Origin: Octopus sinensis
Lineage: Eukaryota
Length of the DNA: 38,282 nucleotides
NCBI RefSeq assembly: GCF_006345805.1
Contig: NW_021835804.1
Location: 1-38,282 of the forward strand
Reading direction: 5' to 3'
Shown piece by piece: positions 1-12,825 of the stretch. The translations under genes and the position numbers were made by a program. The notes below the pieces were generated by a model. The model saw nothing but the letters and a program-made list of their open reading frames with translations, searched no databases and was not told the DNA's origin. How positions within the stretch are numbered: the first letter of the stretch is position 1; each line of letters opens with the position of its first letter.

Positions 1-95
1 TATATATATATATATATAATATTTATATATATATTTATATATATATATATTTTTACATATATATATATAATATAATATTTATATTAATATATCTA

Positions 96-126
<31 letters not shown>
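1..126. repeat. (TA)n microsatellite
   Basis: Direct inspection. Confidence 0.95.
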
Positions 127-130
<4 letters not shown>

Positions 131-145
131 GCCAAAAAAAAGCAT

Positions 146-849
146 GTGGTATTTGATAATGAATCTGATGTTTCATTTTCCGAAAGTGAAAACAGTGAAT
201 CCGAGAGCTCCGACAGCGATAAAGAAAATGAATTGGCACCTGAATGGAGTGAAAATTTAAAAACTGTTTCTTTCGGTGATTTTTCTGAAGAAAGTGGACC
301 AAGCCACAGACTTTCCCAGAAGAGTAAAGCCTTAGACTATTTCTTTTACTTTTTCGAATGAGCCTATTTGAAATCATTACGGCGGAAACGAACCGTTACG
401 CTAAATGTAAACAAAACGAAAGAAAGGATGGTTAGTGGTTTCCCACAACCTTAAATGAAATTAAGACTATTTTGCCGTAAATATTATTATGGGTATCAGA
501 AAGTTACCCAGAATAACAAATTCTATCGTAAAATTTTGTTGTATACCCAATTGAATATTAGCTAATAACCCATTTTCTATAGCGATGTTTGAACAAAATT
601 TTAATAATTTTATATTTTGTTGAATTTACCTGTATCTACCTGCAATTAGAGTCACTTTGTGACAAAAATTATAGTATAGAATTGGTTGAGAACATTTCAT
701 TAAATTATCTTCCAAAATTCACGTTGATATATTGATAAATAATAAAGTTATAGTTGTTTAATGAAACCAGACTAAATTTATGATTATTTTAGAAATTAAT
801 TGAAACACATAAGGAGCGTATTTTGGTCAGAAATATAGTAACAAAAGGG
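146..849 (+). mobile_element. piggyBac internal-deletion derivative: N-terminal transposase remnant plus right end
   Basis: 146-530 reads, with stops and frameshifts, an acidic N-terminus then LFEIITAETNRYA..W.PTT.NE..F..NIIMGIRKLP, as in PGBD-type N-termini. It ends GTAACAAAAGGG followed by TTAA (850-853). The 3' ~310 bp align with the right end of the element at 10547-11585. Confidence 0.8.
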
Positions 850-853
850 TTAA

Positions 854-1852
854 ACAAAAAATATAAAAGAGAAAATATCATTTGGCTAAATATTCCCTTT
901 AATTGTGCGATCTTGACGAATGTGTACAGTAGATTTAAATCTATACTAGAAAAAAACTTCCCAGCCTCCCATAGATATCATAAAATAATTTCTAAGAGAT
1001 TAGTAAGGATTTCATATTCAACCCTCCCAAATATGTCTACCATAATAGCTAGACTTAATAGTAAAAACATTAAGTTAGCCAGGAGTAATAATATTAATAA
1101 AAATAATAATAATGGGGATAATAAAAATAAAAAATAATACTAAAAATGATGATAGCAATAATAATAATAATAACAATAATAACAACATTGATATAAATAT
1201 AAATAATCATAATAGCAATACCAGTAATGTAGGTAGTATAGGTATTGGTATGGTAGATGAGAATGATAGTGTAAATGGATCAATAAATAGTAGCCCTATT
1301 TTGGATATCAATATGACCACTAATAATGAAAATAATACTAATAATATTACTAATAATATTTTAAATAACAGTAATGTGAGAGAACTATCCTTAAATAATT
1401 CCAAATCTGAATATTATCGCCCCAGTTGTAATTGTAGGATTAGATCAAATTGTCCGGCATATGGTCGCTGTTCGGTCCAAAACGTAATTTATAAATGCAC
1501 TGTAATAACTTCTAACGGTAGCTTTTTTTTTTATCTCAGTTGTTCTGTGGATTTTAAACGATGTCTTAACGATCATTTTTCCTCTTTTTGTTTAAAACAT
1601 AAGGCAGGTTGCACTACACTATCTAGCAAAATTTTGGAACTTAAAACAAATAATATAGGATACAACCTAAAATGGGATATAGTTAGGAGGGCAAAACCTT
1701 ATAGAAATAGTAGAGTAGGCTGTCAACTCTGTTCTATGGAAACCAATGAAATTTTAAAGTATTGGAATAACAAAAATCTACTAAATAATCATCTAGAGTT
1801 AGGATCATCTTGCATACATTCCACAATTAGAACTTTTAAAAACTTTCAATAG
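854..1852 (+). pseudogene. PLE linker + GIY-YIG endonuclease, frameshifted within an (AAT)n tract
   Basis: ORFs 823..1137 and 1112..1852 are in different frames; the YIG motif reads YLS. Confidence 0.75.
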
Positions 1853-2600
1853 AAATTTAAGTTTTCCTATTTTTTCTAACTGTATCTTTTAATATAATAA
1901 TAATATAAGATATAATTTACTTTTATAGTTAACTAGATTAACCTCACTATAATCTTGAAATTGCATCTTTCCCCAAATCTATTCTAATTTTAACATTAAT
2001 ACCATTCCCCCAGTTATAAAATACGATACCTACTATAAATTAGATGAGGTTTTGTTCCCCTACACTTTGTAAAAGAATTTAATTGACCTAGATTTTTTCT
2101 CACCACATAAGAATAAATAGCTTTTTATTCTAGTGACAACATGAATTCCCTTCATGTATTCTAAATCCTTTTTTTCTGCAACTAACTTAAACCTCTTTTA
2201 CAGTATTCTTTCACATCCCCTTACCTAAATTCCTACTAAAAAATTCTGATGGCTTTCAGTTGAAAGTAGGGTTTGGTCAGTTTAGTAGCTGACCTACTAT
2301 CTCTTCTGTTCCTTAGAATTTAATGATCTTTCTACACTGACCTAAATTTTTTGTCACCACATAAATAAATTGACCCTTTGTTCTAGTGACAATCGGTTCT
2401 TCTTTTACATCTCCTGAATTTTCCTCTTCTTTTCTTCAACTAACTTGAATTCTTGACCTGCCCTTACCCCTATCCTTATAACTAAAGAAATTTTCTTACA
2501 ACAGTCAGTTGTAAACAAGGTTTTGTTCAGTTGGCATCTGAACTACACTACCTCATGTTCCTAAGATTCATATCTACATCTTTATCTGTATATTTACAGC

Positions 2601-2650
2601 TTTTAATAAAATGTTGTAGTATGAAACAATTGTACTACATTACCGGATTC
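2601..2650 (+). ncRNA. 3' half of a hammerhead ribozyme (relic; CUGANGA half deleted)
   Basis: GTAT-GAAA-C-AATT-GTA-C at 2619-2635 aligns with the intact motif at 13845-13937; no upstream CTGANGA. Confidence 0.6.
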
Positions 2651-2669
2651 ATTCTTGCTGCTTATTTTT

Positions 2670-2715
<46 letters not shown>

Positions 2716-3394
2716 ATCTTCGCTTTGACCAGCAGATTTTAAAAATAATTTCTTTGTAACTAAAAAATTTTAAACTTCGTATACTGGTAGAATGAGTTTA
2801 TAAAACATCTTTTTCTCTTGGCTTTCTTGAGAAAATTCTGTAGTTTGTAAGATATTTGTTGTTTAATTCCTTGCATTTCGGCAACTTCAACCAATCAATG
2901 ACGTCTATTGAGGTGAATACAATATCTGATGTACTGTGTCAACAACATTTTCTGGCGATGTCATATGAAAATGTCCCCATTATTTATGACATATTTCATA
3001 TCAGTTACGTTCGTATGAATAAAAGATTATTGTTATTAAACTTTTATTAATAAACACGTATTCTAAGTTCACAACATATGCAGTTTTAATTTGCCTCTCT
3101 GTTGCACAGATACACACATTACATATATATTTGTTTAAGAAACAGATTGGGTTTATTTACATTTCTGAAGAAAAAAAAGATACCCTTCCCTCAACCTTAA
3201 TTGATAGGCAGTATTTCCCCATGGCCTTAGAAGCCTCTCACAGAAGTTTGGAAATGAACATCACCTGCATGATAGAGACACTTCTTCTGAACCATCATGT
3301 GATGTCATCACAAGGACATATATGCATGCACAAACACAATCAATCTCACTACCAACCCCAACATACACACAAAAAGACATACATATAAACAATA

Positions 3395-3545
3395 AACTTC
3401 TTTCAGTTTCTATCAACCAAATCCACTAACAAGGTTTTGGTTGGCTCAGAGCTAAACTAGAAAATATTTTCCCAAGGTACTGCAAGATAGACCTCAACTC
3501 AAAATTATATGGTTGAGAAACGAGTTTCTTAATCATACAGTCGAG
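3395..3545 (-). mobile_element. Degenerate tRNA-derived SINE fragment
   Basis: Resembles the head/body region of SINEs elsewhere in the window; heavily diverged. Confidence 0.45.
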
Positions 3546-3926
3546 CTTTGCCTGTGCCTGTATATGATAAAAACTCCAAGAAAATGTCCTAGAGAGCAAT
3601 GTTTCTCCTATCAGTTCTAATCTTTAATCATCATTATTATTACCATTGTCTTAATATTCAATTTTCCAAGATGGGTTATCAAATTACTAATCTACATATA
3701 TCATCTTTTCATATTTCTTAATCCTGCAATATCATTATCACATTTGTGAGGTTTAATCTCAGGCCTTATTCAACTACTTTTTTTCTTTACTTTTTTTCTG
3801 TGTCTTTCTTGTTTTACTTCTCCCATAAACATTTTAGCCAACTGACAAATTATTCAGATAACATACCTAGAACAATTTTAATGACTCTCTTCTTTTATAA
3901 ATATTGAGTAATATCTTTTATGCTTG

Positions 3927-4303
3927 ACTAGCAGTATCGCCCGGCGTTGCTCAGGTTTGTAAGGGAAATAACTATAAAGCATTTTTAGAGAGTTATAGCC
4001 AAAAAATAGCAAAAAAATGATGGTAAATTTTTTTTTGAGATTTAAGAAAGGTAGAGTTGCGTCCCCTAGACAGTTTGTGGTTCGTATTCCTGATTCTCGA
4101 CCCCATGTCGAATTTATCGATTTTTTTCAGAACTGGGGGAACTTTTCAAAATTTTCGCTGCGTTAGTTTTGAATTATGACATTGGGCTATGTGTGTGTCA
4201 AGTTTCATCAGAATCGGTTGAAAGCCATGGTCAGGGTGAGGGTACAAGCAAACAGACACACAGAAACACGCACAGACAAACTGCCGTTTATATAGAGAGA
4301 GAT
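3927..4303 (+). mobile_element. Non-autonomous Helentron/DINE-like element
   Basis: Starts ACTAGCAGTATCGCCCGGCG, has a subterminal inverted GCAGT/ACTGC, an ACAGAC-type repeat near the 3' end, and ends TATATAGAGAGAGAT. This is the general HINE layout, recognised by pattern only. Confidence 0.5.
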
Positions 4304-4543
4304 TACTACTTCAACTGAGTAATACCTAGCCTTTTTTTATAAGTCAAAATTGCCTATCCAAAAGACAAAATCCTACTCATTCTTTTTTAATTGCTCTATC
4401 ACTCTATATTCACTTTATTTACTTCACTGCCATCTCTATATTACTTACAACAATATCATTATTTTCACTAACACAACAATAAAATAACAATATACAGGTT
4501 GATCAAGAGAAAGCAATGAGAATTGCCTCCGATTCAGCCTTAC

Positions 4544-4693
4544 CTCATCTCCTGGATTCAAGAAACCATTTATGCAACTGTAAAGAGCACCATAACCTCC
4601 AACTGAGACGAGTATTTCCTTAAATGGATCAATTGTACGGCCCATTATTGGAGAATATACCTTTGATAATATGTCAATCAATCGATGTTGTCC
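4544..4693 (-). CDS. KYAT: Kynurenine aminotransferase exon (GQHRLIDILSKVYSPIMGRTIDPFKEILVSVGGYGALYSCINGFLNPGDE)
   Basis: AG acceptor (TTGCTAG), GTAAGG donor, 150 nt, phase 0/0; matches the KAT I/III stretch GH.RL...EILV.VG.YGAL....G....GDE. Confidence 0.93.
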
Positions 4694-6031
4694 CTAGCAA
4701 TTAAGAAAAAAGTAGGTAAATACAAAAATAAAAAAAAAAACTAATAAAAATATCAAATATCTTTTCATTTGCATGCACACTCACACATGACTATAACGAG
4801 AGGAGTGAAGCTTCGGTTATCAATGTCCTCAACATGTAAGATTGGGAGCAGGAATGTGAATGGTGGAAGTGACTAGTTGTAGAGGTGAAAATAGACAACC
4901 TCTATCACACTGAATTCATTTATTTAATCTGTTGTTGGGAGAGTCATTTTCCTTTTGTGCCTTACAAACTCACCGGTAAAATTTCCACTTCTTCCTTATT
5001 TTTATTTTCCTAAAATTTTCGTTGCGTTACATAAAGAAACTTGCAAACCAAATCAAAAAATGAAATATCATTTATTTAACATTTCTAAATATCTTTTCAC
5101 ATCAGTTAATTGTACAAATACTATCTCATGAGTTAGGGATTAAAATGCATGGTAACCATTATAAAGATGGCAACAAGTTTCTTTAGAGAAATCTAGTAAC
5201 TACTTTGAGCAAATCAAGGGATTTCCTCATCTCAGTCTGAAGAAATGTCTATATACTGATAGAATATCAAAGTGTTTGGTAGCACAATCATAGAACAAAT
5301 ATGTCTTATTTTTCACAACTTAATCAAGAATACTACTGGCATTTATTATTGTTACAAATCAACTTCACAATATTAAAACTTCGAAGTCAACATTACTAGA
5401 CTTCATCATTAATTAGTGAAAGTAATTTAGCAGTTAATTCTAGCCAGATTATTTCTGACAGTGCACAGTTTGATCATAATTTAACTTTATGAAACATAGC
5501 TGACTTATTATATGTTGGCGTTGTATTCCATTCAGCACATAACAGATGTGGGAATCACAGGTGACTAAAGCGATAATACTGTAGATTAAAAGTTGAAGGG
5601 TTAGTTCAAAGTCTGCATTATTTCTGACAAAGGCATAATGCCCAGTCAAAAAGACAATTAACAGATGAGATACAGCTCATCCATGAGCTATATCTCTTTA
5701 CATAATTCATTGAGTTATGTGACACCCATCCATAACAAAAATGTAGTTGCAAGTGGAAAAGACATCACTGCTGATACTGTTATCATCAACATTTTCATTA
5801 TTGTTACTTTGATACTTGATTTTCTCTGCTGAACAGTTCTACAAAATGATAGTTTTACATGCATTTTGATGATGTCACAAATATTGTTCAATCCTGCACA
5901 CAGTATAACTATTTCTTTTTGGCTCTTACATCTACAGATACCTTCAAAAAGAAAAAGATCAGCTGCCATAATGTAAAAGTTCTCCATTTTAACTTGTAAA
6001 AATAAACAGATCAGAAGAGAGAATTACTTAC

Positions 6032-6130
6032 AAAACCTCGAGTATATTGGTGTAGTAAATGGTTCTTGTTACTAGCAGCTTCTATCATAGCATTTGTAGC
6101 AGATGGTGGTGGTTTAAAGTCTGGAAAACC
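6032..6130 (-). CDS. KYAT: Kynurenine aminotransferase exon (GFPDFKPPPSATNAMIEAASNKNHLLHQYTRGF)
   Basis: TTTCAG acceptor, GTAAGT donor, 99 nt, phase 0/0; GFPDF and QYTRGF motifs. Confidence 0.93.
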
Positions 6131-7689
6131 CTGAAATTAATACAGAGTTTGTACATATAATAGTGATTTAATATATATATTACTAACATTTTATATGACC
6201 ATTACTAACAATGTTTCCACAATGTGTTGCTGTACGCTTGAGAACATGCCGTATGAACAATAAAGATTAAAACTATCACATCTTCTTTTAAACTCTGAAC
6301 AAAAAAATCTTTGTTATAGTTAAAAACTATCTTGGATTGTTTAAAATTGCAGAGTTTATGGTAAAAGTTATATTGATTTGGTCACTTGGAATGCATAAAT
6401 GAGGAAACTGATTAAAGCATATTCTCACTAAAGCATTCCAGAAATCAAGGTGGTTTACATATGCTCCTGAAGATATCATCTAAATATTGATTATAAGACT
6501 AACACAAAATGGAGAAGAATATGGAAAAAATACAACTATGGTAACAAAATGCCAATGGCATGCAGATCATTGGTAGTTTTAGTATAAGTAATGATTACAA
6601 TTAGATATTAGTAGCTTGCTTTATAATTACATATAATACACAGAAAGCATCAACAAATATAGCATACTTTTTACAAACTTCAATAGCATACTGACATTTG
6701 CTTTGGTCTCTTGTCATCTCTTCAGTGAGGCCCAGTATCCTTCCTTTATCTTCATCTTCAATGAGAGCCTTCCACTCACTGGCCATTCCAGCAAGCATCT
6801 TTCTTGCACCATTTCAGTGATGCTGTTGATGCCCACTTATTCTATCAGCTCACCTGTGCTACACTTTCATACAAGTTAATATAATAACACTTGCTTCATT
6901 TCTCACTAACTGCTACATCTTCCAGAATCATACTCATAGGAGCAATTCAATTTATTAGTGTTCTTCTGATAACTATTCTTGTGCATCAAATACATCTAAC
7001 TTCTTGGTTCTCTGTAAGCTTACTAGAGATCCCGCTGAAATATTATGTACTTGTTAGTCTAATTGAGCACACAGTATCAAAATTCTATCAGCCATCTTTA
7101 TACATAAAGGGTAAGGCTACTTTGAACTCTTAACCATGTTTCCAGATTTTAAACATTTTCTGCAACTCTTTGGCACATTTTGCTATGCAAACCAGGTCAT
7201 CAGCTCAAAGTTCACCAGCACTCAATGAACAGAAATGACAGGAGAGAGAATCTTAGTGAACAGTTACCTGTAGACTAGATTGTTCACTGAACATGCCACC
7301 AACTCAAAGCTTGTTAGCAGTTACCTTGCAATGGTACAATCCTTAGAAGACTAAGCCCAGCACCTACCATACAACAATTCAAGAACTTCATTTACATAAA
7401 TATAAAACAGGTGTGCTTGCTTTTAGCAACAAATGTTTCTTTTGGTTGTTTCACTAGAAATATGGAATATGTGGCTTCACAACCTGAATAAATCAAAACT
7501 GCATCTTATTCAGTCTAACCTTCTCTTGAATTCAGTCCACTCTTTCACAGTCCATCAGTGTTATACCACTGGTTTTCATTTCTAGCAGTTGATGAATATG
7601 CTGCTATGTCACACATTAAGGATAGTACATTCTGGCACAACACAATTAACTAGGCAAGCATATGATCTACATATGCTTTCTAAAAAAAA

Positions 7690-8030
7690 TGGTAAAGACT
7701 CCCTTTGGTCATGAATGATCATGGGATTGCACCTAGAAAGTTTCCCTTCAAGGTGCAAGTCCAAGCAAGGTTGTTATTATGGAAAACCAGCAGTCACCCA
7801 TGTAAACCAGCCTCCCCTCACCACACCACAGATGTTATCCAAGGGAAAGGCAAAGGCCGATACAGCTTGGCACCAGTGATGTCGCAACTCATTTCTACAG
7901 ATTAGTGAACTGGAGCAACTTGAAACAGAGTGTCTTCCTCAAGAACACAGCACACAGCTCAGTCTGGGAATCAAACTCATTATATTATGATTGTGAGCCT
8001 GATGCTCTAACCACTGAGCCATGTACCTTC
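7690..8030 (-). mobile_element. tRNA-derived SINE
   Basis: Minus strand starts with TGGCTCAGTGGTTAG (A-box-like) and GAGTTTGATTCCC (B-box-like), followed by ~300 bp of SINE-like body. Confidence 0.7.
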
Positions 8031-8991
8031 ATATGTACGCTTTCTAATTCTTGGCAATTATTGTTAGTAAGCATAATGCTAAAATAATGCTTTTCCTGTC
8101 TACATATTTTTGATGATCTTAGTAACCATATCACAAGCTGACATCTGCAGAGAAAATATGGCAGGAAGAGCAGATTTGGGAATAAAACACAGAAGTGGTA
8201 ATATTTGAGGCAGGCTTGTGTGAGGGAGGCATGCAACCATCTAGTACAGAAGGAAAGAATCTACTGATATAGCAATATAATAGACAGCATATCTGTGAGC
8301 CAAAAGTGTTTGAAAGTTAGTTTTTGTCAATCAGTGGGTTGGCCATTTGGATGCAGTTGTTTGTAGGAAGTCATTAATGAATCAGGTCTGAAATATTTTC
8401 TCATTATGAGAAGAAAGGCTAAGGCCCCTTTGCAGATTTCATTTAGTGTAGTACTAGCTCTTGCACTCACATTTTTCATTCAACAATCCTTTGTAGTGGT
8501 TCAACAAATGATACATAGAATTCAAATGTCACTATATTTTGCTTTCACTATTTTTATTTTCACACCAGTAGAATGACACTAACCTAGGTTAAAAGTATAT
8601 TAATAGGATAGCAAAAATATTCATAATCAGGCATTAATAAAAGTGAACAAAATTTTTAGGGAGCATCATAAAGTAATACATAGAAACAGATGTATGTCAG
8701 ATTTAGTTGTTGTTTAGCTCAAATTTAACCTGACTGAGCCAAATGAAAGACATTCCATCTATGACTATTGCATATCCTTTCTTCAGGAATGTCTAAGACT
8801 ACATTGTCCAATGTGTCCTTTTCTTAAGATAGCAGGATGTGCTACAAGAAAAATTTTGTAACTATTTCTAAGAAGTCAACACTCTTTTATTGCACATGTC
8901 ACAACAAAAGAGATGAGCTTTGCAGCTCGAGAAATAAAGTCAAAAATTTCTAACTTAGAGTGAAGTTTAAAAAAGAAATAATTGAAGTTAC

Positions 8992-9043
8992 CTGCCCAAG
9001 GTTGACAGCATTATAGTCTACAGCCAGTTTACTCATTTCCACC
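8992..9043 (-). CDS. KYAT: Kynurenine aminotransferase exon ((W)VEMSKLAVDYNAVNLGQ)
   Basis: TTACAG acceptor, GTAACT donor, 52 nt, phase 2/0; completes W (TG|G) with the upstream exon and gives NLGQ|GFPD. Confidence 0.92.
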
Positions 9044-10546
9044 CTGTAATTACATAATGTATTTTTTCATCAAGTGAAAGATACCAAGTGTGTATGATAG
9101 AATAAAAAATAGAAGATATATAAATGGTATGATAAAGTATACAGAAACATTACGAAATTAATTAAATAAATTAAAAAATAACTTGTGTCAATGTAAATCA
9201 ATGTTAAGGAAGAATGTAATCTATTGAAATAACACCAGTACATGAGTGGCACATATTTTATCAAGATCATCATTTTACTGAACTAATGAGGAACGCTCTA
9301 CACAAGTCAACTGATCTACCAGAAATAAATGTCAAATTTACGTCAAATCATATCCTACGGTCTTAAAACAAAGGTAAAAATGCAGAGGACAATGTTCTAA
9401 AAACGTGATGTTGAAAGAAGAAAATATAGCAATGTTTGGAAAACTTTTGAACATAAGGCTGCTTGACAGGTGCCAACCTAGGACAAACAAGCTAAAGAGC
9501 TGTAAAACAATGTGAACTCAAACTAAGAAAAGACGGAACTAAAAATACTGTAAACCACTGAGTCTGACACTCTTCTATTTCTGTTTTAATAAAACAATAC
9601 ATCATACATGTTAAATTCAATGAAGAGAAAGATGGTAAGTAGGCAGGAGAGTATATGTTATTCAGTATTTAGTTTTGTTTTCATACAAGTTCAAATCATA
9701 ACAGAGTAAACTTAACTTTTCAAATATATTCTTCCCAACAAAATTGGTTTTGTGCAAAAAGAAATCAATATTAATATTACCCATTGTTTCGCTCATCACA
9801 CCAAACTAAACTTAGGTTAAAATCGCCTCAGTTCTGGAGCTGGTGGGATTATCCAGAAGTGATGGAAAGAGTGTACATGGCCTTACCATTTGTCCCTGGG
9901 TAAGAGGTATGTGCCTCATCTGAAATTCCACAGTATGTGACTCTTTTGCTCCTCCCCACATCCTGGATACAAGAGGGTAAATGAGAGTGTGACTGCTTCG
10001 GCAGCCAAATGGAACAAAATACTTAAGATTTGGGACTTATCAGATAAAAAGTTCTGCCAGTCTGTGGATTTTGAAACATTTGGAAAGGCTGGGATGCTGA
10101 CAACAAAGTTCTTTTCTTTGACAATTACCACACTAAAGTGTCAGATGATGCCTGTGAGAGGGCTTGATTGTTCAAATTCCTTAGACTGTTGCTCATGATA
10201 ATATCATAAGCATGTTGGATTGCTTCAACAGGTTCCATTGAATTTTGTGGTGTGCGGCCAACTGGGACACTTGATGTTGAATTGATGTTTTTTCTTCTTT
10301 TTTCTTTCTTTCTTACTCTTCTACTTTTCTCTCTTTGCTCATGTTTGTATTTTCTTCAGTTTTGGACTTGTATTTTCATGTGGTTTTGTTTTATATATGT
10401 ATCATATACATGTGTTTTGTATATGTAATAAAATAATTAATGTCATACTTGTTTATGAATAAGTAACTATTAATTTAGCTTGGTTAACTTAAGTTATTAG
10501 GTTGGTCTTCATTCACTCATAGCTTACATTTTTCTTCCTGTTTTAA

Positions 10547-11585
10547 CCCTTTCATTACCAAACCACCCAAAGCCACCCGAATTCATATTTAAATGAGAAT
10601 ATCAGAGCAAATCTCTTTAGTACATTCATGAAAACACGTGATTATGCTTCGTAAACAATTCATCTACAGTTTTGTACAACGATCAACATGTAATTTTAAT
10701 TCCCTGAATTTTGGGAGATTTTTTTCCACATTTTTTTCGGCATCGATTTTTCTTCAACTTTGAAAATGGATAGGAGTTTCATGTTATCAAGCATTGATTC
10801 CGAATTGGAAAATTTGTGAAACAAATACTGGGTACTGTTGTGGATTTAGTTTTTATACAGGGAAACTAATGTTAGTCAGCATGGCTTAGGGTATGATGTG
10901 GTCTGGAAGTTATTGTTTGAAGCGATCAATGCGGAAACAAATTTACGCAGATTGTAAACAAACACAAAATGGGGGTTCAAATTTCGGAAAATTTGTGAAG
11001 CAAATACTGGGTACTGTGTGGATTTAGTTTTTATACAGGGAAAATAATGTTAGTCAGCATGGCCTAGGGAACGATGTGGTCTGGAATTTATCACTTCCAT
11101 ACCATAACCAGGGCCGTATATTATTTTTTGACCAGTGGATTCCAGTATTTCACTTTATTCCACCTTTATGGTACACCTGTTGTGCATTAAATTCAACTGA
11201 TGATATAGTGAGGTGCACAATTCTTCTTTATCAAAATTTTGTTGCATACCCATTTGAATATTAGCTGATGATTCATTTTCTATGGTGATGTTTAAACAAA
11301 ATTTTAATATTTTTACCTTTTGCTCAATTTAAAATTTTAATATGTTTACCTTTTGCTCAATTTACCTGGATTTACCTGTAATTAAAGTCACTTTGAGACA
11401 AAAGTTATGCAATAGAATTGATTAAGAACCCTTTCTTTAATTATGTTCCAAATATCACATTAATATGTTGATAAGTAAAAAAGTTACAGTTATTTAATGA
11501 AACAAGCCTAGATTCATGATTATTTTAGAATTTAATTGAAACTCATGAGGGGTGTATTTTGGTCAGAAATATAGTAACGAAAGGG
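10547..11585 (+). mobile_element. Complete non-autonomous piggyBac element with transposase core fragments
   Basis: TTAA at 10543-46 and 11586-89; TIRs CCCTTTCATTAC / GTAACGAAAGGG. The interior encodes KWGFKF.KICEANTGY..DVVWNLSLPYHNQGRILFFD, with a ~110-bp segment duplicated near 10808 and 10986. Confidence 0.9.
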
Positions 11586-11828
11586 TTAAATTATCAAAAA
11601 TACTATCATTCTCAAAACACAAACTGTAATTACTAGTTAATTTTACAAATTACTTTTTTGTTTAGAATACATTTACTTTATGTTCTATTATAAAGAAATT
11701 TCCAAGCTGGTATTCTTCTAAATGTCATCGGAGATGTCAGAATACTGACAACTGATTTGATCCAATCTGACTGACAAAACCTGTTCTAGTGCTACATTAT
11801 GAATGAGTGGTTAGCAACACAAAAGTGC

Positions 11829-12310
11829 ATTATCATTTAGCGTCTGTTTTCCATGCTGGCATGGGTTAAACAGTCTGACTGGAACTGGCAAGCCAGAGAG
11901 CTGATTTTAGCTTGGTTTCTACAGTTGAATACCCTTCCTGACACCAACCACTCCAAGAGTGCAGTGGGTGCCTTTTAAATGTCACCAGCACAGGTGCCTT
12001 TTACATGTCACTGGCACTGTCCTTCACTACGATTTCACTTGGCCTGACAAATTTTCTCAAGCACAGCAAACTGCCAACATCTGTGAGACCTACCATCTGA
12101 AGATCATGCTTGTCCTATGTCTTCCTGGATCCACAGGTTCCATCAACAGTTAGAGACTGGCACTTCTTTATGCAGCTGTCCTTGTCTGTAAGTATCATAT
12201 CACCATACCAGCACAGTCTTCTCTCTTGCACATCGCATATCATGCCTCTTATGCCCAATTTTTCTTTCAAGATGCTTACATTCTGTTGTACATACACACT
12301 GACATTACAA
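11829..12310 (-). mobile_element. 5'-truncated RTE-clade LINE
   Basis: KLGIRG...VQERRLCWYG...DSCIKKC..L.VDGTCG.RKT is the RT C-terminus; the 3' UTR and tail match the copy at 20972-22124. Confidence 0.8.
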
Positions 12311-12541
12311 AAAGGGGGCACCCAATCCAACTATAAATTTAATCCCTTCAACAGTATATAAATGTTGAAGCAATTGGTTTTACAACTGAATGCTCTTGAT
12401 TTTACAATTCCATTCATATAAGCATGGAAAATACAAGTCACTGCCATCAGTCATGGTAATAACATCTCCATCAGTGACATTGGTATCATCAACATTTTGT
12501 GTCCTTTCTTCCATGCAGATATGAGTTAGACTGAATAATAA

Positions 12542-12825
12542 GTTATTTCAGTTCTGGTTGGTAAATTATTGACCCCATATTTCTAGTGAACTAACTATGC
12601 TAACATATGAAACTATGGAGATGAAGTACACAATAAAGAAGGGATTTGGAAATATGGGGTCAATATTGGGGTACATAAACATATATATATATATAAACAT
12701 ACACACATGAAATATTTCCAAATCCCTTCTTTATTGTGTACTTCATCTTCATAGTTTCGTATGTTAGCATAGTTAGTTCACTAGAAATATGGGGTCAATA
12801 ATTTACCAACCAGAACTGAAATAAC
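12542..12825. repeat. Inverted repeat / MITE-like element with ~114-bp arms
   Basis: 12542-12655 is the near-exact reverse complement of 12712-12825 (about 2 mismatches); ~56-bp spacer. Confidence 0.85.

Larger units (their letters stand above)
853..2676 (+). mobile_element. Penelope-like element 3' fragment (RT-EN linker, GIY-YIG endonuclease, 3' UTR)
   Basis: Linker RENIIWLNIPF..NFPASHRYHKI..RISYS.LPNM; endonuclease region CNCR..CP..G.C..VIYKC..KWDIVRRAKPY..CQLCSMET..LLN..EL..C.H. The 3' UTR aligns with the minus-strand copy near 13815-14765 and ends at a (TA)n tract. Confidence 0.85.

Noticed and set aside
823-1137. 104-aa ORF as an independent gene
   Set aside because: Chimera: the start lies in the piggyBac right end and the rest is PLE linker.
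4805-4835. Minus-strand UGUUGAGG..CCGAAGCUUC as a possible HHR relic
   Set aside because: Several core changes and no stem I; too degenerate to support.
6601-6798. ORF between KYAT exons as an extra exon
   Set aside because: The NLGQ|GFPD junction is complete without it; ILGLTEEMTRD resembles the RTE C-terminus.
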